52,838 bases of DNA from a virus (IMGVR_UViG_3300022074_000061:1-52838); one strand, 5' to 3'; shown: positions 1-9,487, counted from the stretch's first letter. The notes: generated from the sequence alone by a model not told the origin. Numbers and translations are program-made.

Positions 1-2
1 AA

Positions 3-1850
3 TTTATATTTGGTAATATAACTAAAGTAGATAATGGTAAAATTAGACTACTTACTAGTAAAGAATACAATAGATCTAAGGCATCACTATCTAAAGAAGA
101 AAGAGATTACTATGAAATGTACAGAAACGTAACAGCTAGATTATTTCAAGGTCAACAAAGAGCTGGTAATGATGCGTTGTTTTCATATGTACATGGTGCG
201 AGCATGAGATCTTTAGAAGCTATGGACAAGAATGGCATGTTTGGCTTGTATGATATGATTATAGATTCATCCGATTATAATCGTGTTAAGGTAAGGGGTA
301 AAGATTTAGATGGTAAAATAAAACTAAAAACATTCTATGAATGGAAATATGATGTTTATAAAAACAAAAGTACATTCGGTGGATTACGAGAGCTAAATAA
401 ACTTAGAGCAAAAGCTAAAAGATTTAAAAAACAAGGCATTAATGAAGATGGATCAAAAATATTATTATCGGATGTGGAAGTAGATGCGTTGATAAATAAT
501 GGTCAGCTACTACAAAAGATGTTGGATAAAAACATCAGAGGAGCATCTGATATAGATCTTGAAATAATTAAAGAGTATGAAAGACGAAGAGGTGCAGCTA
601 TAGAATTTGCTACTATGGATATCAATACGGCTTTACTTGAGTTTGCCAGAGGTAGTTTATTTTCTAATGGTGATTCAGAGTTTGGGGGTATGAAACAAAC
701 CACTATATTAACTAATGCTGCAATAGCATATAATAAAAATCTTAACAATGAGAATGCAGTTAAGTATTTGACTGAGTGGTGGAAACAGGGTTTTTTAGGT
801 AAACAGCAACAAACAAGTATATTTGGAGAAACAGGCGACAAAGTTATAGATGGATTTGTTAGCCTTACATCATTAAGATTATTAGGATTTAATTTATCAG
901 TTGGTGTTGGTAACTTGTTAGCTGGTAAATATCAAGAACTACGTAAGCGTGGTGGTAGACAATTTATTACAGGAGAAGATAGATATTTTAGAAATAGAGG
1001 TAAGTCATTAGAAATACTTAAAAGGTATAGGGTTATACAGCATAGCTTTGATGACTTTGTTCATTTATCAGAAGGTAAAGGTTTGTGGGGTAAAATAGAA
1101 AAAGCGTCATTTATTTTTATGGATAAAACAGAACACTATATACAAGGTGCTGCATTTCTAGGGTTTCTTACAGATCAAGAGTTTAACACTGGTGAGATTA
1201 GTGAGTTAAGAGTTAGAGAAATAAATAACAAAGTAGCAACATTACATGGTGAGGGCTATACAGCTTTAGACGCATCACTATTATCTATGTATTCATATGG
1301 TAGATCTTTATTGCAGTTTAAGAAATGGTGGCTAACATTATTTGCTGATCGTTTTGGATCAGAGCAGATTAATAGATTTGGCGAGGTAACTATTGGAAGC
1401 TATACCGCAGCCACACAATACACAAGAGACATCTTTCAAAAATATTTTAGAGGTGAGATTACTATGGTAGACTTTTTTGAAGAGTATAAAAAACTATCAC
1501 CTGCACGTCAAGAAGAAATAAAAAGTTTTATGCGGGGTATTGGTATTACTGTAGCAATTTTATCTATGATAGCTATATTAGAAGATGATGATGATCCAGA
1601 TACAGAAGTAATCAAAGCGCTTAAAAAACTAGAAAATGATATATATGCAGCTACAGATATAGATAGATTTATTGGCTATACTGTAATACCCGCATCTATT
1701 GCTACTGGTGAAACGGCAGTTGATTTTATAGGTGAAGTTGCTTTAGATAAAAAAGATAGACTAGGTAGAAGTAAAGCTTTACGTACTCTAAAAACAGAAT
1801 TGATTCCTGGTTCTAGTTTAGTTGAAGGTATAGAAAACCTTATAGACTAA
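3..1850 (+). CDS. C-terminal part (5'-truncated) of a large virion cargo/ejected protein
   Basis: Frame is open from base 3, so the ATG at 117 is internal; helical protein with a LLQFKKWW motif and a late hydrophobic segment; crAss-like phages carry giant cargo/vRNAP-associated genes at this position. Confidence 0.6.
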   Translation, partial: FIFGNITKVDNGKIRLLTSKEYNRSKASLSKEERDYYEMYRNVTARLFQGQQRAGNDALFSYVHGASMRSLEAMDKNGMFGLYDMIIDSSDYNRVKVRGKDLDGKIKLKTFYEWKYDVYKNKSTFGGLRELNKLRAKAKRFKKQGINEDGSKILLSDVEVDALINNGQLLQKMLDKNIRGASDIDLEIIKEYERRRGAAIEFATMDINTALLEFARGSLFSNGDSEFGGMKQTTILTNAAIAYNKNLNNENAVKYLTEWWKQGFLGKQQQTSIFGETGDKVIDGFVSLTSLRLLGFNLSVGVGNLLAGKYQELRKRGGRQFITGEDRYFRNRGKSLEILKRYRVIQHSFDDFVHLSEGKGLWGKIEKASFIFMDKTEHYIQGAAFLGFLTDQEFNTGEISELRVREINNKVATLHGEGYTALDASLLSMYSYGRSLLQFKKWWLTLFADRFGSEQINRFGEVTIGSYTAATQYTRDIFQKYFRGEITMVDFFEEYKKLSPARQEEIKSFMRGIGITVAILSMIAILEDDDDPDTEVIKALKKLENDIYAATDIDRFIGYTVIPASIATGETAVDFIGEVALDKKDRLGRSKALRTLKTELIPGSSLVEGIENLID

Positions 1851-1870
1851 CAATATAAGAAGAAATTTAT

Positions 1871-1878
1871 TAACTTTG
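1871..1878 (+). promoter_or_regulatory. Bacteroidota sigma-A -7 element TAACTTTG
   Basis: Matches TAnnTTTG, 12 nt before ATG 1891. Confidence 0.7.
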
Positions 1879-1890
1879 TAAAAAATTCAA

Positions 1891-2298
1891 ATGGCAAATA
1901 TAGATGATTTATATAATAAAAGCTTTGGTCAGTTAGGATCAGTTTTTACATCTGGTAGTTCTGGAGTAATAACACCACCTTCAAATAAAGTATTTGTAGC
2001 TATACTTATATTAGATCAAAACACTACTTTTGATACACATGGTGGTTTAGTAGCAGATACAAATAAAGGAGATATGCAATATATTACTACAGAAGATGCA
2101 AGCGGTAATGACATATATTCAGGAGGTGCAAATGGAGGATCACATTCAATAGCAGTGGGTTCTGAAACATTAGAGTTTGGTGGTGGAGGTCAAGAGCTTA
2201 CAAACGCACAAACATTTCCTTTAGGAACAACAATAGTTGGAAGATACAAAAGAATAGCAATAAACTCGGGTGCAGTTATAGCGTATATTGGTGACTGA
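1891..2298 (+). CDS. Small beta-rich virion protein (putative fibre/decoration associated)
   Basis: G/T-rich 135 aa ORF translationally coupled to the LamG gene. Confidence 0.45.
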   Translation: MANIDDLYNKSFGQLGSVFTSGSSGVITPPSNKVFVAILILDQNTTFDTHGGLVADTNKGDMQYITTEDASGNDIYSGGANGGSHSIAVGSETLEFGGGGQELTNAQTFPLGTTIVGRYKRIAINSGAVIAYIGD

Positions 2299-3590
2299 TG
2301 TTAAGTTCAGTCAACTCATTAAGTTCAGCAAATTTTAAAAAATCATTTGCAACCACTACAAATAGAGTTCTTCAACTTGATGGAAGTGGTGATTATGTGG
2401 ACGCCTCTACATTAGCATCTTCAATAGGATTTGGACAAGGCTCTGTTAGTGTTTGGGTTAAGATAGACACAACTAGTGGTAATGAAGCATTTTTTAGCGT
2501 ATGTAAAGATGATGATGGAGATAATAAAATAGAATTACAATATATAACAGCTGACGCCCTTTTTAGAGCTATATACAAATCAGAGGGAACAACAAAAAAA
2601 GCTGTTTTAGTAAGATCTAATTCGCAAGTAGAAGCTGATGAGTTTAATCATTTAGGCTTAGTATATAATACTTCAACAGATCAAATTTCTTTATATTTTA
2701 ATGGAACTAGAATTGATCCAGCTACACCAAGTGCTATAACGATAATAGATGAAGGGACAGTAGGGACATTTAACAGGCTTCAATTTGGAAGAGCAGCTGA
2801 TGGAACAGGTGCGTCATCTCATCATGGAAAGCTTGGTGATATGGCTATTTATGATACAGCTCTTACAGATGATCAAATGACAGAAATATATAATGGTGGA
2901 AAAACTTTTAATCATAATGACGGATCTGCAAGTGGTAATTTATTAGCATGGTACAAATTTGGAACAGGTATAGTAGATGGTATACAAGATTCAACATCTG
3001 TTATTTTTAATTTAAAAAGTACAGGCTTGGGATCAGAGCTAGTAGAAAACTCTGATTTAAGTTCACACGGAACTTCTTCAGATCATGCAAGATTAGGATC
3101 TAATTTTAGTATAGATAACTGGATAATAGAAAAAAATAGTGGAGATTCTGGTGTTAGAACATTTACAGCTTTAGATGGGGGTGGTGTAAGGTGTACTATC
3201 AACACACAATGCACATCAGGCTTTCACCAAAGAATATATCATACTGTAAGTAGTGACTTAACTATTGGTGATTTTTATGTATTTAGAGCTGTTATACTTA
3301 CATCAGATGGTAGCAATGTGAGATGTTCTGTGCAAAAATTAACTTCCGCCTCTGATACTACAAATACAACTCATGGCTCTTTTACAACTACAGTAGCTAA
3401 TGTGCCTACAATAGTTGAAAGTGTATTTAAATGTATAGACAATACAGAACAAAGAATACATATATTTCCTTTAACTACAATAAGCGCAGGGGGGTTTTAT
3501 GAAGTTCATTCTGCAAGTTTAAAAAAATATAGTGGTTTTGCTGCTTTTGCAGTTGCTGATGGTAGCTTAGTTTCAACAGGTTTAAGATAA
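2298..3590 (+). CDS. LamG/concanavalin A-like lectin domain fibre protein
   Basis: LQLDGSGDYVD, SVSVWVK, FNHLGLVY, LYFNG, GKLGDMAIYDTALTDDQMTEIYN, LLAWYKF; followed by a CBM-like C-terminal domain. Confidence 0.8.
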   Translation: MLSSVNSLSSANFKKSFATTTNRVLQLDGSGDYVDASTLASSIGFGQGSVSVWVKIDTTSGNEAFFSVCKDDDGDNKIELQYITADALFRAIYKSEGTTKKAVLVRSNSQVEADEFNHLGLVYNTSTDQISLYFNGTRIDPATPSAITIIDEGTVGTFNRLQFGRAADGTGASSHHGKLGDMAIYDTALTDDQMTEIYNGGKTFNHNDGSASGNLLAWYKFGTGIVDGIQDSTSVIFNLKSTGLGSELVENSDLSSHGTSSDHARLGSNFSIDNWIIEKNSGDSGVRTFTALDGGGVRCTINTQCTSGFHQRIYHTVSSDLTIGDFYVFRAVILTSDGSNVRCSVQKLTSASDTTNTTHGSFTTTVANVPTIVESVFKCIDNTEQRIHIFPLTTISAGGFYEVHSASLKKYSGFAAFAVADGSLVSTGLR

Positions 3591-3874
3591 TGTATAATAA
3601 TTATACATATGTAATAGTAGAGTCATCAGAGGTTGATAGTTTAAATTTTGAATCTGATGAAAATGAAAACAGATATTTATTAAATTTAAATAAAAATTTT
3701 TTAAGATATAATGTATCTAAAAATAAAGCAATTGTTAAATATGAAGGTAATGATCCTATATGGCAAGATGAAAATGAAAATGATGTAGATTTTTTTAGTG
3801 GAAAAACAAAATACAATCATGAAGAAATACTTAATGTATTAAAAAGTTCTGAATGGTTACAAATTGATGAATAA
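3590..3874 (+). CDS. Hypothetical protein, LamG-fibre partner
   Basis: 94 aa ORF coupled by TAATG; ends YNHEEILNVLKSSEW. Confidence 0.55.
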   Translation: MYNNYTYVIVESSEVDSLNFESDENENRYLLNLNKNFLRYNVSKNKAIVKYEGNDPIWQDENENDVDFFSGKTKYNHEEILNVLKSSEWLQIDE

Positions 3875-4895
3875 GTTTGTATACATATTACTATTATTTA
3901 GTATCAGTACTAATGCACAAATAAATAAATATTTAAAATTTTCTACATTTTATGTAGCTGCAAATGGAGGGACATCAATATCTGATGTTGATGTATATTC
4001 AATTCAAGATGGGCTGCAAACATCTACAATACAAACACCGTATGATTATAATCTATCACTTGGGGTTAGAAAAATAGCTAGATTTGGTTATGAAAATAGA
4101 GCACAAACTTTTTATGATGGCACAGAAACATCATGGTCTGATGCTTCTACACTTGGAAAGGTTAGTGGCTTAGAGTTTTTATTTGAGTTTAATAAAAAAA
4201 GACAAGAAGGTGATGATTATCTAGATCAACACTATTTTATAAGATATGTTGATAATGATTGGTTAACAAAAGTAGAATATCTACAAGATGGATTTGCAGA
4301 CATACAATACTATGAAGCATCACAAAGATATAGGTATAAATACAACAAACATTTATCATTTAATATTGGTGCTGTTCAACGTATAGCAGAGCCTTATGGC
4401 TATGATCCGTTATCAGAATGGTTACTTGATAATGGCGATATACATTACACTTATCTTGCAATACAAGAGGGATATACAATAGATGTTCATAATAGTGAGT
4501 ATAAAGATCCAAATGGAAATATAGTAGCAACATCATCAGATGTTTGGAAAGAAATAATAATACCTAGAGTATTAAGAGATTATGTTGAAAGAAAAAGAGA
4601 TGAATTACCTGCACAATGGAATCACTCTTTAGTTGTTGGGTATGATTATTATTATTATACAAAAATGTTTTGGTTACATTCTTGGGCTAACTTATTACCA
4701 TGGCACTATGATGCGGGTAATGAATATAGCTATCATAAATATAATAATGGTCAGTGGTTAGATTATTCTGGTGGATTAATATTTGGTTATAAGTATAGTA
4801 AACAATTAGGATTATTTGCTGAAGGTAAGTATAATAAATACTGGAATAGAGAATGGTATGATTTTAAATTAGGTGTTAATTATATATTATTATGA
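3867..4895 (+). CDS. Putative outer-membrane beta-barrel protein
   Basis: Sec signal peptide MNKFVYILLLFSISTNAQ (A-Q cleavage), very Y/W/F-rich alternating strands, C-terminal beta-signal-like DFKLGVNYILL. Confidence 0.65.
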   Translation: MNKFVYILLLFSISTNAQINKYLKFSTFYVAANGGTSISDVDVYSIQDGLQTSTIQTPYDYNLSLGVRKIARFGYENRAQTFYDGTETSWSDASTLGKVSGLEFLFEFNKKRQEGDDYLDQHYFIRYVDNDWLTKVEYLQDGFADIQYYEASQRYRYKYNKHLSFNIGAVQRIAEPYGYDPLSEWLLDNGDIHYTYLAIQEGYTIDVHNSEYKDPNGNIVATSSDVWKEIIIPRVLRDYVERKRDELPAQWNHSLVVGYDYYYYTKMFWLHSWANLLPWHYDAGNEYSYHKYNNGQWLDYSGGLIFGYKYSKQLGLFAEGKYNKYWNREWYDFKLGVNYILL

Positions 4896-5062
4896 AAGCA
4901 AATTGGATAAATGGCTATAAAGCTAATAACAAAAAAGAAGTATACAGAATAGAATTTAGACTTGGTACAATGACATTATTTTATGTTCATTACTGTGCTT
5001 GTGTTGGTGGGACGTGTTCAAGATTTAGATTGATGTTGTTTAACTTTGGAATAGAATTGTAA
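4892..5062 (+). CDS. 56-aa hypothetical protein (not in ORF track), with a CACxxxxC motif
   Basis: MKANWINGYKANNKKEVYRIEFRLGTMTLFYVHYCACVGGTCSRFRLMLFNFGIEL; ATGA and TAATG overlaps with both neighbours. Confidence 0.7.
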   Translation: MKANWINGYKANNKKEVYRIEFRLGTMTLFYVHYCACVGGTCSRFRLMLFNFGIEL

Positions 5063-5343
5063 TGTCAAAAGAACTTAATGAAGATACTAGTTTTAAAGTA
5101 AGTGTAAAAACTCTTATAGCAATAGGGGCTGGATTATCAGCTTTAATAGGTATGTGGTTTACGTTACAGGCAGATATAGCTGAAGCTAAAGAACTACCTG
5201 TATCTACACCAGAAGTTACTCGCATGGAGTTTGATATGAAAGATCAAATGATTAGACAATCAATAATCAACACTGAAGCTAATGTTAAGAAACTTGAAGA
5301 AAGAATGATAAGAATGGAAGATAAAATAGATAAACTGAGATGA
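5062..5343 (+). CDS. Single-TM protein with C-terminal coiled coil
   Basis: TLIAIGAGLSALIGMWFTL followed by heptad-like NVKKLEERMIRMEDKIDKL. Confidence 0.6.
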   Translation: MSKELNEDTSFKVSVKTLIAIGAGLSALIGMWFTLQADIAEAKELPVSTPEVTRMEFDMKDQMIRQSIINTEANVKKLEERMIRMEDKIDKLR

Positions 5344-5678
5344 AAAAATGTTTGAAATTTTTATTTGTATTATTTTTATTTACGGTATATACAGAATGTT
5401 GTTTTTCACAGATAACAGCAATTTACTTTAATGCATCTTGGAACGCTGCGAATGAAGTTGTTTGGTTTGATAAATTAAATGATGTAGAAAAAGAAACTAT
5501 GGATATCGGTAAAGGTGATTGTCAAAAAAAATATAAAATAGCAGTAGTACCTACAATACTACTTATGAAAGATGGAGAAGAGGTTGAAAGATTTCAAGCT
5601 GATTTAAGTTTTAAATTAATGGCTACTAAAAAAGAAATACAAAATATAATTGATGAACTTTTGATGGAAGATTTTTAA
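5340..5678 (+). CDS. Exported thioredoxin-fold protein lacking CxxC
   Basis: Signal peptide; IYFNASWN replaces FxAxWCxxC; cis-Pro loop KYKIAVVPTILLMKDGEEVERF. Confidence 0.7.
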   Translation: MKKCLKFLFVLFLFTVYTECCFSQITAIYFNASWNAANEVVWFDKLNDVEKETMDIGKGDCQKKYKIAVVPTILLMKDGEEVERFQADLSFKLMATKKEIQNIIDELLMEDF

Positions 5679-8011
5679 TGAAAAAATTTATTTTTATATT
5701 ATTAATATTACAGGCTTGCATTGCACCAAAAGAATGTTGTGGTCAAAAACTTGCTGTTTTAAGCTTAACAACCGATCAGTATCCAACAGAAACATCGTGG
5801 TGTTTATTTGCAGATAGTTTATATGGTGATACTATTAGTTTTATTACTCCAGGAGATTTGACATTACCATATCATAATTATGTAGATACATTTTTTATAA
5901 ACGGACCTATTAACACTATTGTTTTTTTAATTAGAGATACTTATGGAGACGGTATGGATGGTAGTTATTATTTATCTGTATGTGGTGATACAATAATTAA
6001 TAAACCTAGTGTTTCGTTTCAAAGTGGTTTATTTTCTACTAGACCAGTGCCGCCATGTTTACCACAACCACCGCCACCTCAGTCAAATAATAACTGTGTG
6101 CCTACATTAATTAATATAAATTTAGATCAGTTTCCAGAAGAAACATCATGGGATATAGTAGATAGTTTAGGAAACACAATAATATCAGGAGGCACATACC
6201 CAAATGTACCAAACTATCAACCACAATTTATTATTAATTGTTTACCAGAAGGTGAGCTTACATTTACAATTTATGATACATATGGTGATGGTCTTCAAGG
6301 ATCACTATGGGGTGGACAAGACGGATCATATTATATAATGCAGTGTGAAGACACTCTTGTATATGGAACAATAGCTAACTTTGGCAATGACACAAGTCAT
6401 GTGTTTATAAGCGATACTTGCATACCACCACCACCTGTATATGGTTGTACAAATGATGACTACGTTGAATATAATCCACTTGCAACGATAGAAGATAGTA
6501 GTTGTGTTACTTTAAAGATATACGGATGTACAGATAGCACTATGTTTAATTATGATAGCTTAGCTAATACAATAGAAAATATAGATCGCTGTACATATGA
6601 TTTAATATTACATGATTTAGTAGGTAATGGTTGGGTTGGAACAAGATTAGAAATATATCAAGAAGATGATACATCTGTATTTTATATGTCAAATGGTTTT
6701 AATCAATATTTTACTATTGATTTATATGCCATAGAAGAAGTAAGCGCAAAACTATTTGTAAGTCAACAAGCGCAAAGCACTGCACTTGAATGTGGCTTTA
6801 CACTAATTAATCCATACGGAGATACTGCATTAAGCATAAGACCACCTTTTGTGGTGCCGTTTAAATTATATGAAGGTGAAACGTATTGCGGCAATAAATG
6901 TGAAGAAAAAATTTATGGGTGTATGGATTCTTTAGCATTTAATTATGTGGACACAGCAAACGTAGAAACTGTTTGTTATTATTATCCAGGATGTATATCA
7001 CCTGCGTATCTTGAATATCATGTGGATACAACAAATGGTTATTTTACAGATATTAATATACAAGATAGCTGTATAACATTAGCTGTATTTGGATGTATGG
7101 ATGATACTATGTCAAACTATAATGCATTAGCTAATGTAGATAATGGTGGATGTATACCTTATGTGTATGGATGTATGGACCCCTTGATGTTTAATTATAA
7201 TGCTTTAGCTACAGCACCAGATACATGTATACCATATTTATATGGGTGTACAGATCCAACTATGTACAATTATGATTTATTTGCAAATACAGATAATGGA
7301 TCATGTGAACCTTATGTATATGGTTGTACAGACAGTACAATGTTTAACTATAATCCTTTAGCCAATGCTGATAACAATACTTGCCTGCCTTATGTCTATG
7401 GTTGCACTGATCCTAGCATGCTCAACTACAACCCACAAGCGAATACAGAAGATTTCAGTTGCATACCTTACATTTACGGTTGTACTGATAGTACTGCCTT
7501 TAATTATGATTCAACAGCTAATACTGATAATGGCTCGTGTGAAGCTATTGTACAAGGATGTATGGACCAATCAGCATATAACTATGACGTTACGGCTAAT
7601 GTTAGTGACAGTACTAACTGCCTTTTTGATGCTGGTTGCGTCACTGGTCCTGGTTCCCCTTATTGGTTAAACGATCTTTGTTATGCTTGGGTAATAGATG
7701 TAGATGAGTATTGTTGTGAAAATGAATGGGATACTATTTGTCAAAGCACATATAATTATTGTTATAATAATTGGAGTGGTCCAATACTAACTAGACAAAT
7801 AGCAGATCTTGATATATATCCTAATCCAACAAAAGGTAAAATATATTTTAGTAAATTTGTAAATGTTGTATTATACAACATATCAGGACAAGAGCTCAAA
7901 AGAAAAAAGAAAGTACAGGAGTTAGATTTATCTAACATGGAAGAAGGACTATATTTAATTGAATTAAAATACAACGAAAGTGTATTTATAAACAAAATTA
8001 TTAAACGTTGA
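5678..8011 (+). CDS. Cys-rich repeat protein with type IX secretion (T9SS type A) C-terminal sorting domain
   Basis: Signal peptide; two DQ[YF]PxETSW...DTYGDG domains; about 11 GC[TM]D-xxxxNY-xxxAN repeats; C-terminus IYPNP...LYNISGQ...DLSNMEEGLYLIEL...KIIKR. Confidence 0.85.
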   Translation: MKKFIFILLILQACIAPKECCGQKLAVLSLTTDQYPTETSWCLFADSLYGDTISFITPGDLTLPYHNYVDTFFINGPINTIVFLIRDTYGDGMDGSYYLSVCGDTIINKPSVSFQSGLFSTRPVPPCLPQPPPPQSNNNCVPTLININLDQFPEETSWDIVDSLGNTIISGGTYPNVPNYQPQFIINCLPEGELTFTIYDTYGDGLQGSLWGGQDGSYYIMQCEDTLVYGTIANFGNDTSHVFISDTCIPPPPVYGCTNDDYVEYNPLATIEDSSCVTLKIYGCTDSTMFNYDSLANTIENIDRCTYDLILHDLVGNGWVGTRLEIYQEDDTSVFYMSNGFNQYFTIDLYAIEEVSAKLFVSQQAQSTALECGFTLINPYGDTALSIRPPFVVPFKLYEGETYCGNKCEEKIYGCMDSLAFNYVDTANVETVCYYYPGCISPAYLEYHVDTTNGYFTDINIQDSCITLAVFGCMDDTMSNYNALANVDNGGCIPYVYGCMDPLMFNYNALATAPDTCIPYLYGCTDPTMYNYDLFANTDNGSCEPYVYGCTDSTMFNYNPLANADNNTCLPYVYGCTDPSMLNYNPQANTEDFSCIPYIYGCTDSTAFNYDSTANTDNGSCEAIVQGCMDQSAYNYDVTANVSDSTNCLFDAGCVTGPGSPYWLNDLCYAWVIDVDEYCCENEWDTICQSTYNYCYNNWSGPILTRQIADLDIYPNPTKGKIYFSKFVNVVLYNISGQELKRKKKVQELDLSNMEEGLYLIELKYNESVFINKIIKR

Positions 8012-8229
8012 GTTTTCTAAACATCTTTAAAGACAATAACAATTATAATGAAAAAACTATAATTGGATTTATAGCTTTTCTAATAATGTGTGTTATTATG
8101 TTTGCTGATCTACTTACAGGTTGGTTTGGTAAAGACCTTATTATTAATGAATTTGTATATGATTCGTTTACTTTAATCGTATTAGGGTGTTTTGGAATAG
8201 CTGGACTAGAAAAATTTGCAAAAAAATAA
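8008..8229 (+). CDS. Small 2-TM membrane protein (holin-like/hypothetical)
   Basis: Two hydrophobic helices and a basic tail; TTG start overlapping the previous stop. Confidence 0.55.
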   Translation: MSFLNIFKDNNNYNEKTIIGFIAFLIMCVIMFADLLTGWFGKDLIINEFVYDSFTLIVLGCFGIAGLEKFAKK

Positions 8230-8390
8230 TGGCTAGAAAAACAGTTAAAGCACCTACAGGATTTCATTGGATGAAAAAAGGCAACAATAGTTATAAGTTA
8301 ATGAAACACACAGGTAAGTTTAAAGCACACAAAGGGGCTAGTTTAAGTGCTAGCTTTGATGTACAGAAAGTTCACAGAAAAAAAAGTTAA
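8229..8390 (+). CDS. Small basic protein (53 aa)
   Basis: Start re-assigned to ATG 8229 (TAATG coupling): MARKTVKAPTGFHWMKKG... Confidence 0.65.
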   Translation: MARKTVKAPTGFHWMKKGNNSYKLMKHTGKFKAHKGASLSASFDVQKVHRKKS

Positions 8391-8391
8391 T

Positions 8392-8556
8392 ATGCCAAAA
8401 GACGCTTGTTATCATAAAGTAGTAGCTAGATATGGTCCAAAGACTTCTGCATATAGAAGTGGTGCAATGGCTAAATGTAGAAAAGTTGGTGCAGCTAACT
8501 GGGGTAATAAATCCAAAAAGAAAGCATCACAGGGTATGAGATTCCAACACGATTAG
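8392..8556 (+). CDS. Small basic protein (54 aa), ends FQHD
   Basis: Start re-assigned to ATG 8392: MPKDACYHKV...SAYRSGAMAKCRKVGAANWG. Confidence 0.7.
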   Translation: MPKDACYHKVVARYGPKTSAYRSGAMAKCRKVGAANWGNKSKKKASQGMRFQHD

Positions 8557-8557
8557 T

Positions 8558-8815
8558 ATGGCTGTTAGAAAAACAAAAGCTGGACTAAGATTAAAGCGTT
8601 GGTTTAAAGAAGATTGGAGAACACCGTCAGGTGAAAAAGATTACAGTAAAGGAGAAAATACATTTAGACCTACTAAACGTATAAGTAAAGATACACCAAA
8701 AACTTGGAGTCAATTATCTCCAGGTGAAAAAAGAGCAGCAGCAAGAGAGAAAAAGAAAAAAGGTAGAGTTAGTAGATATAAAGGTGGAGGAAAATTTTTA
8801 AGACAACTAGATTAA
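8558..8815 (+). CDS. Small basic protein (KRWFKEDW type, DUF5872-like), ends RQLD
   Basis: LKRWFKEDWR...RPTKRISKDTPKTWSQLS; K/R-rich. Confidence 0.65.
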   Translation: MAVRKTKAGLRLKRWFKEDWRTPSGEKDYSKGENTFRPTKRISKDTPKTWSQLSPGEKRAAAREKKKKGRVSRYKGGGKFLRQLD

Positions 8816-8825
8816 ATTTAATATT

Positions 8826-9140
8826 ATGAAACATAAAATGAAAAAAAAGAAAATGTATAAAAAAGGCGGTATGCTAAAGCCAGTTGATTCCAAAAAGAAT
8901 CCAGGTTTAGCTAAACTTCCAAAAGATGTTAGAAATAACATGGGCTTTATGATGTATGGAGGTAAAGTTAAAAAAGCACCAGGCGGAATGATGATGAAAA
9001 AAAGAATGATGAACTATGCTGGTGGTGGTAAAATGCTTAACGGTATGTCTATGCAAAAAGCTGGTAAAGGTATGAAAATGGACTATGGTCACGGTGGTAT
9101 GATGAATAAGCCAGGAGAAGGCTTAAAGCAGCTTGACTAA
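8826..9140 (+). CDS. M/K/G-rich basic low-complexity protein, ends KQLD
   Basis: Repeated xxGG units; NPGLAKLPKDVRNNMGFM. Confidence 0.7.
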   Translation: MKHKMKKKKMYKKGGMLKPVDSKKNPGLAKLPKDVRNNMGFMMYGGKVKKAPGGMMMKKRMMNYAGGGKMLNGMSMQKAGKGMKMDYGHGGMMNKPGEGLKQLD

Positions 9141-9487
9141 TGTCAGAAAAACCTATTAGACGTACAGTAGGTAAAGGAGGTAACTATCGTAAAACAAAGT
9201 CTGGAGCTGGTATGACTCGTAAGGGTGTTGCTGCATATAGAAGAGCAAACCCTGGTAGCAAGCTTAAGACTGCAGTAACGGGCAAAGTTAAACGTGGTAG
9301 TAAAGCAGCCAAACGAAGAAAGTCTTATTGTGCTAGAAGTTTAGGGCAACTTAAACGAAGTAGTGCAAAGACTAGAAATAATCCAAACTCAAGAATAAGA
9401 CAAGCAAGACGTAGGTGGAAATGCGAACATGGGTGTGCAATGCCTGCGAGATCAGGATCTAGAGCTATGTATAGACAATTAGACTAA
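9140..9487 (+). CDS. Small basic protein (RRKSYCARS type), ends RQLD
   Basis: GAGMTRKGVAAYRRANPGSKLKTAVT...RRKSYCARSLGQ...RRRWKC. Confidence 0.7.
   Translation: MSEKPIRRTVGKGGNYRKTKSGAGMTRKGVAAYRRANPGSKLKTAVTGKVKRGSKAAKRRKSYCARSLGQLKRSSAKTRNNPNSRIRQARRRWKCEHGCAMPARSGSRAMYRQLD

Noticed and set aside
3-1850. Calling the first ORF the virion RNA polymerase
   Set aside because: No catalytic DxDxD motif in the visible fragment; only position and general character support a cargo role
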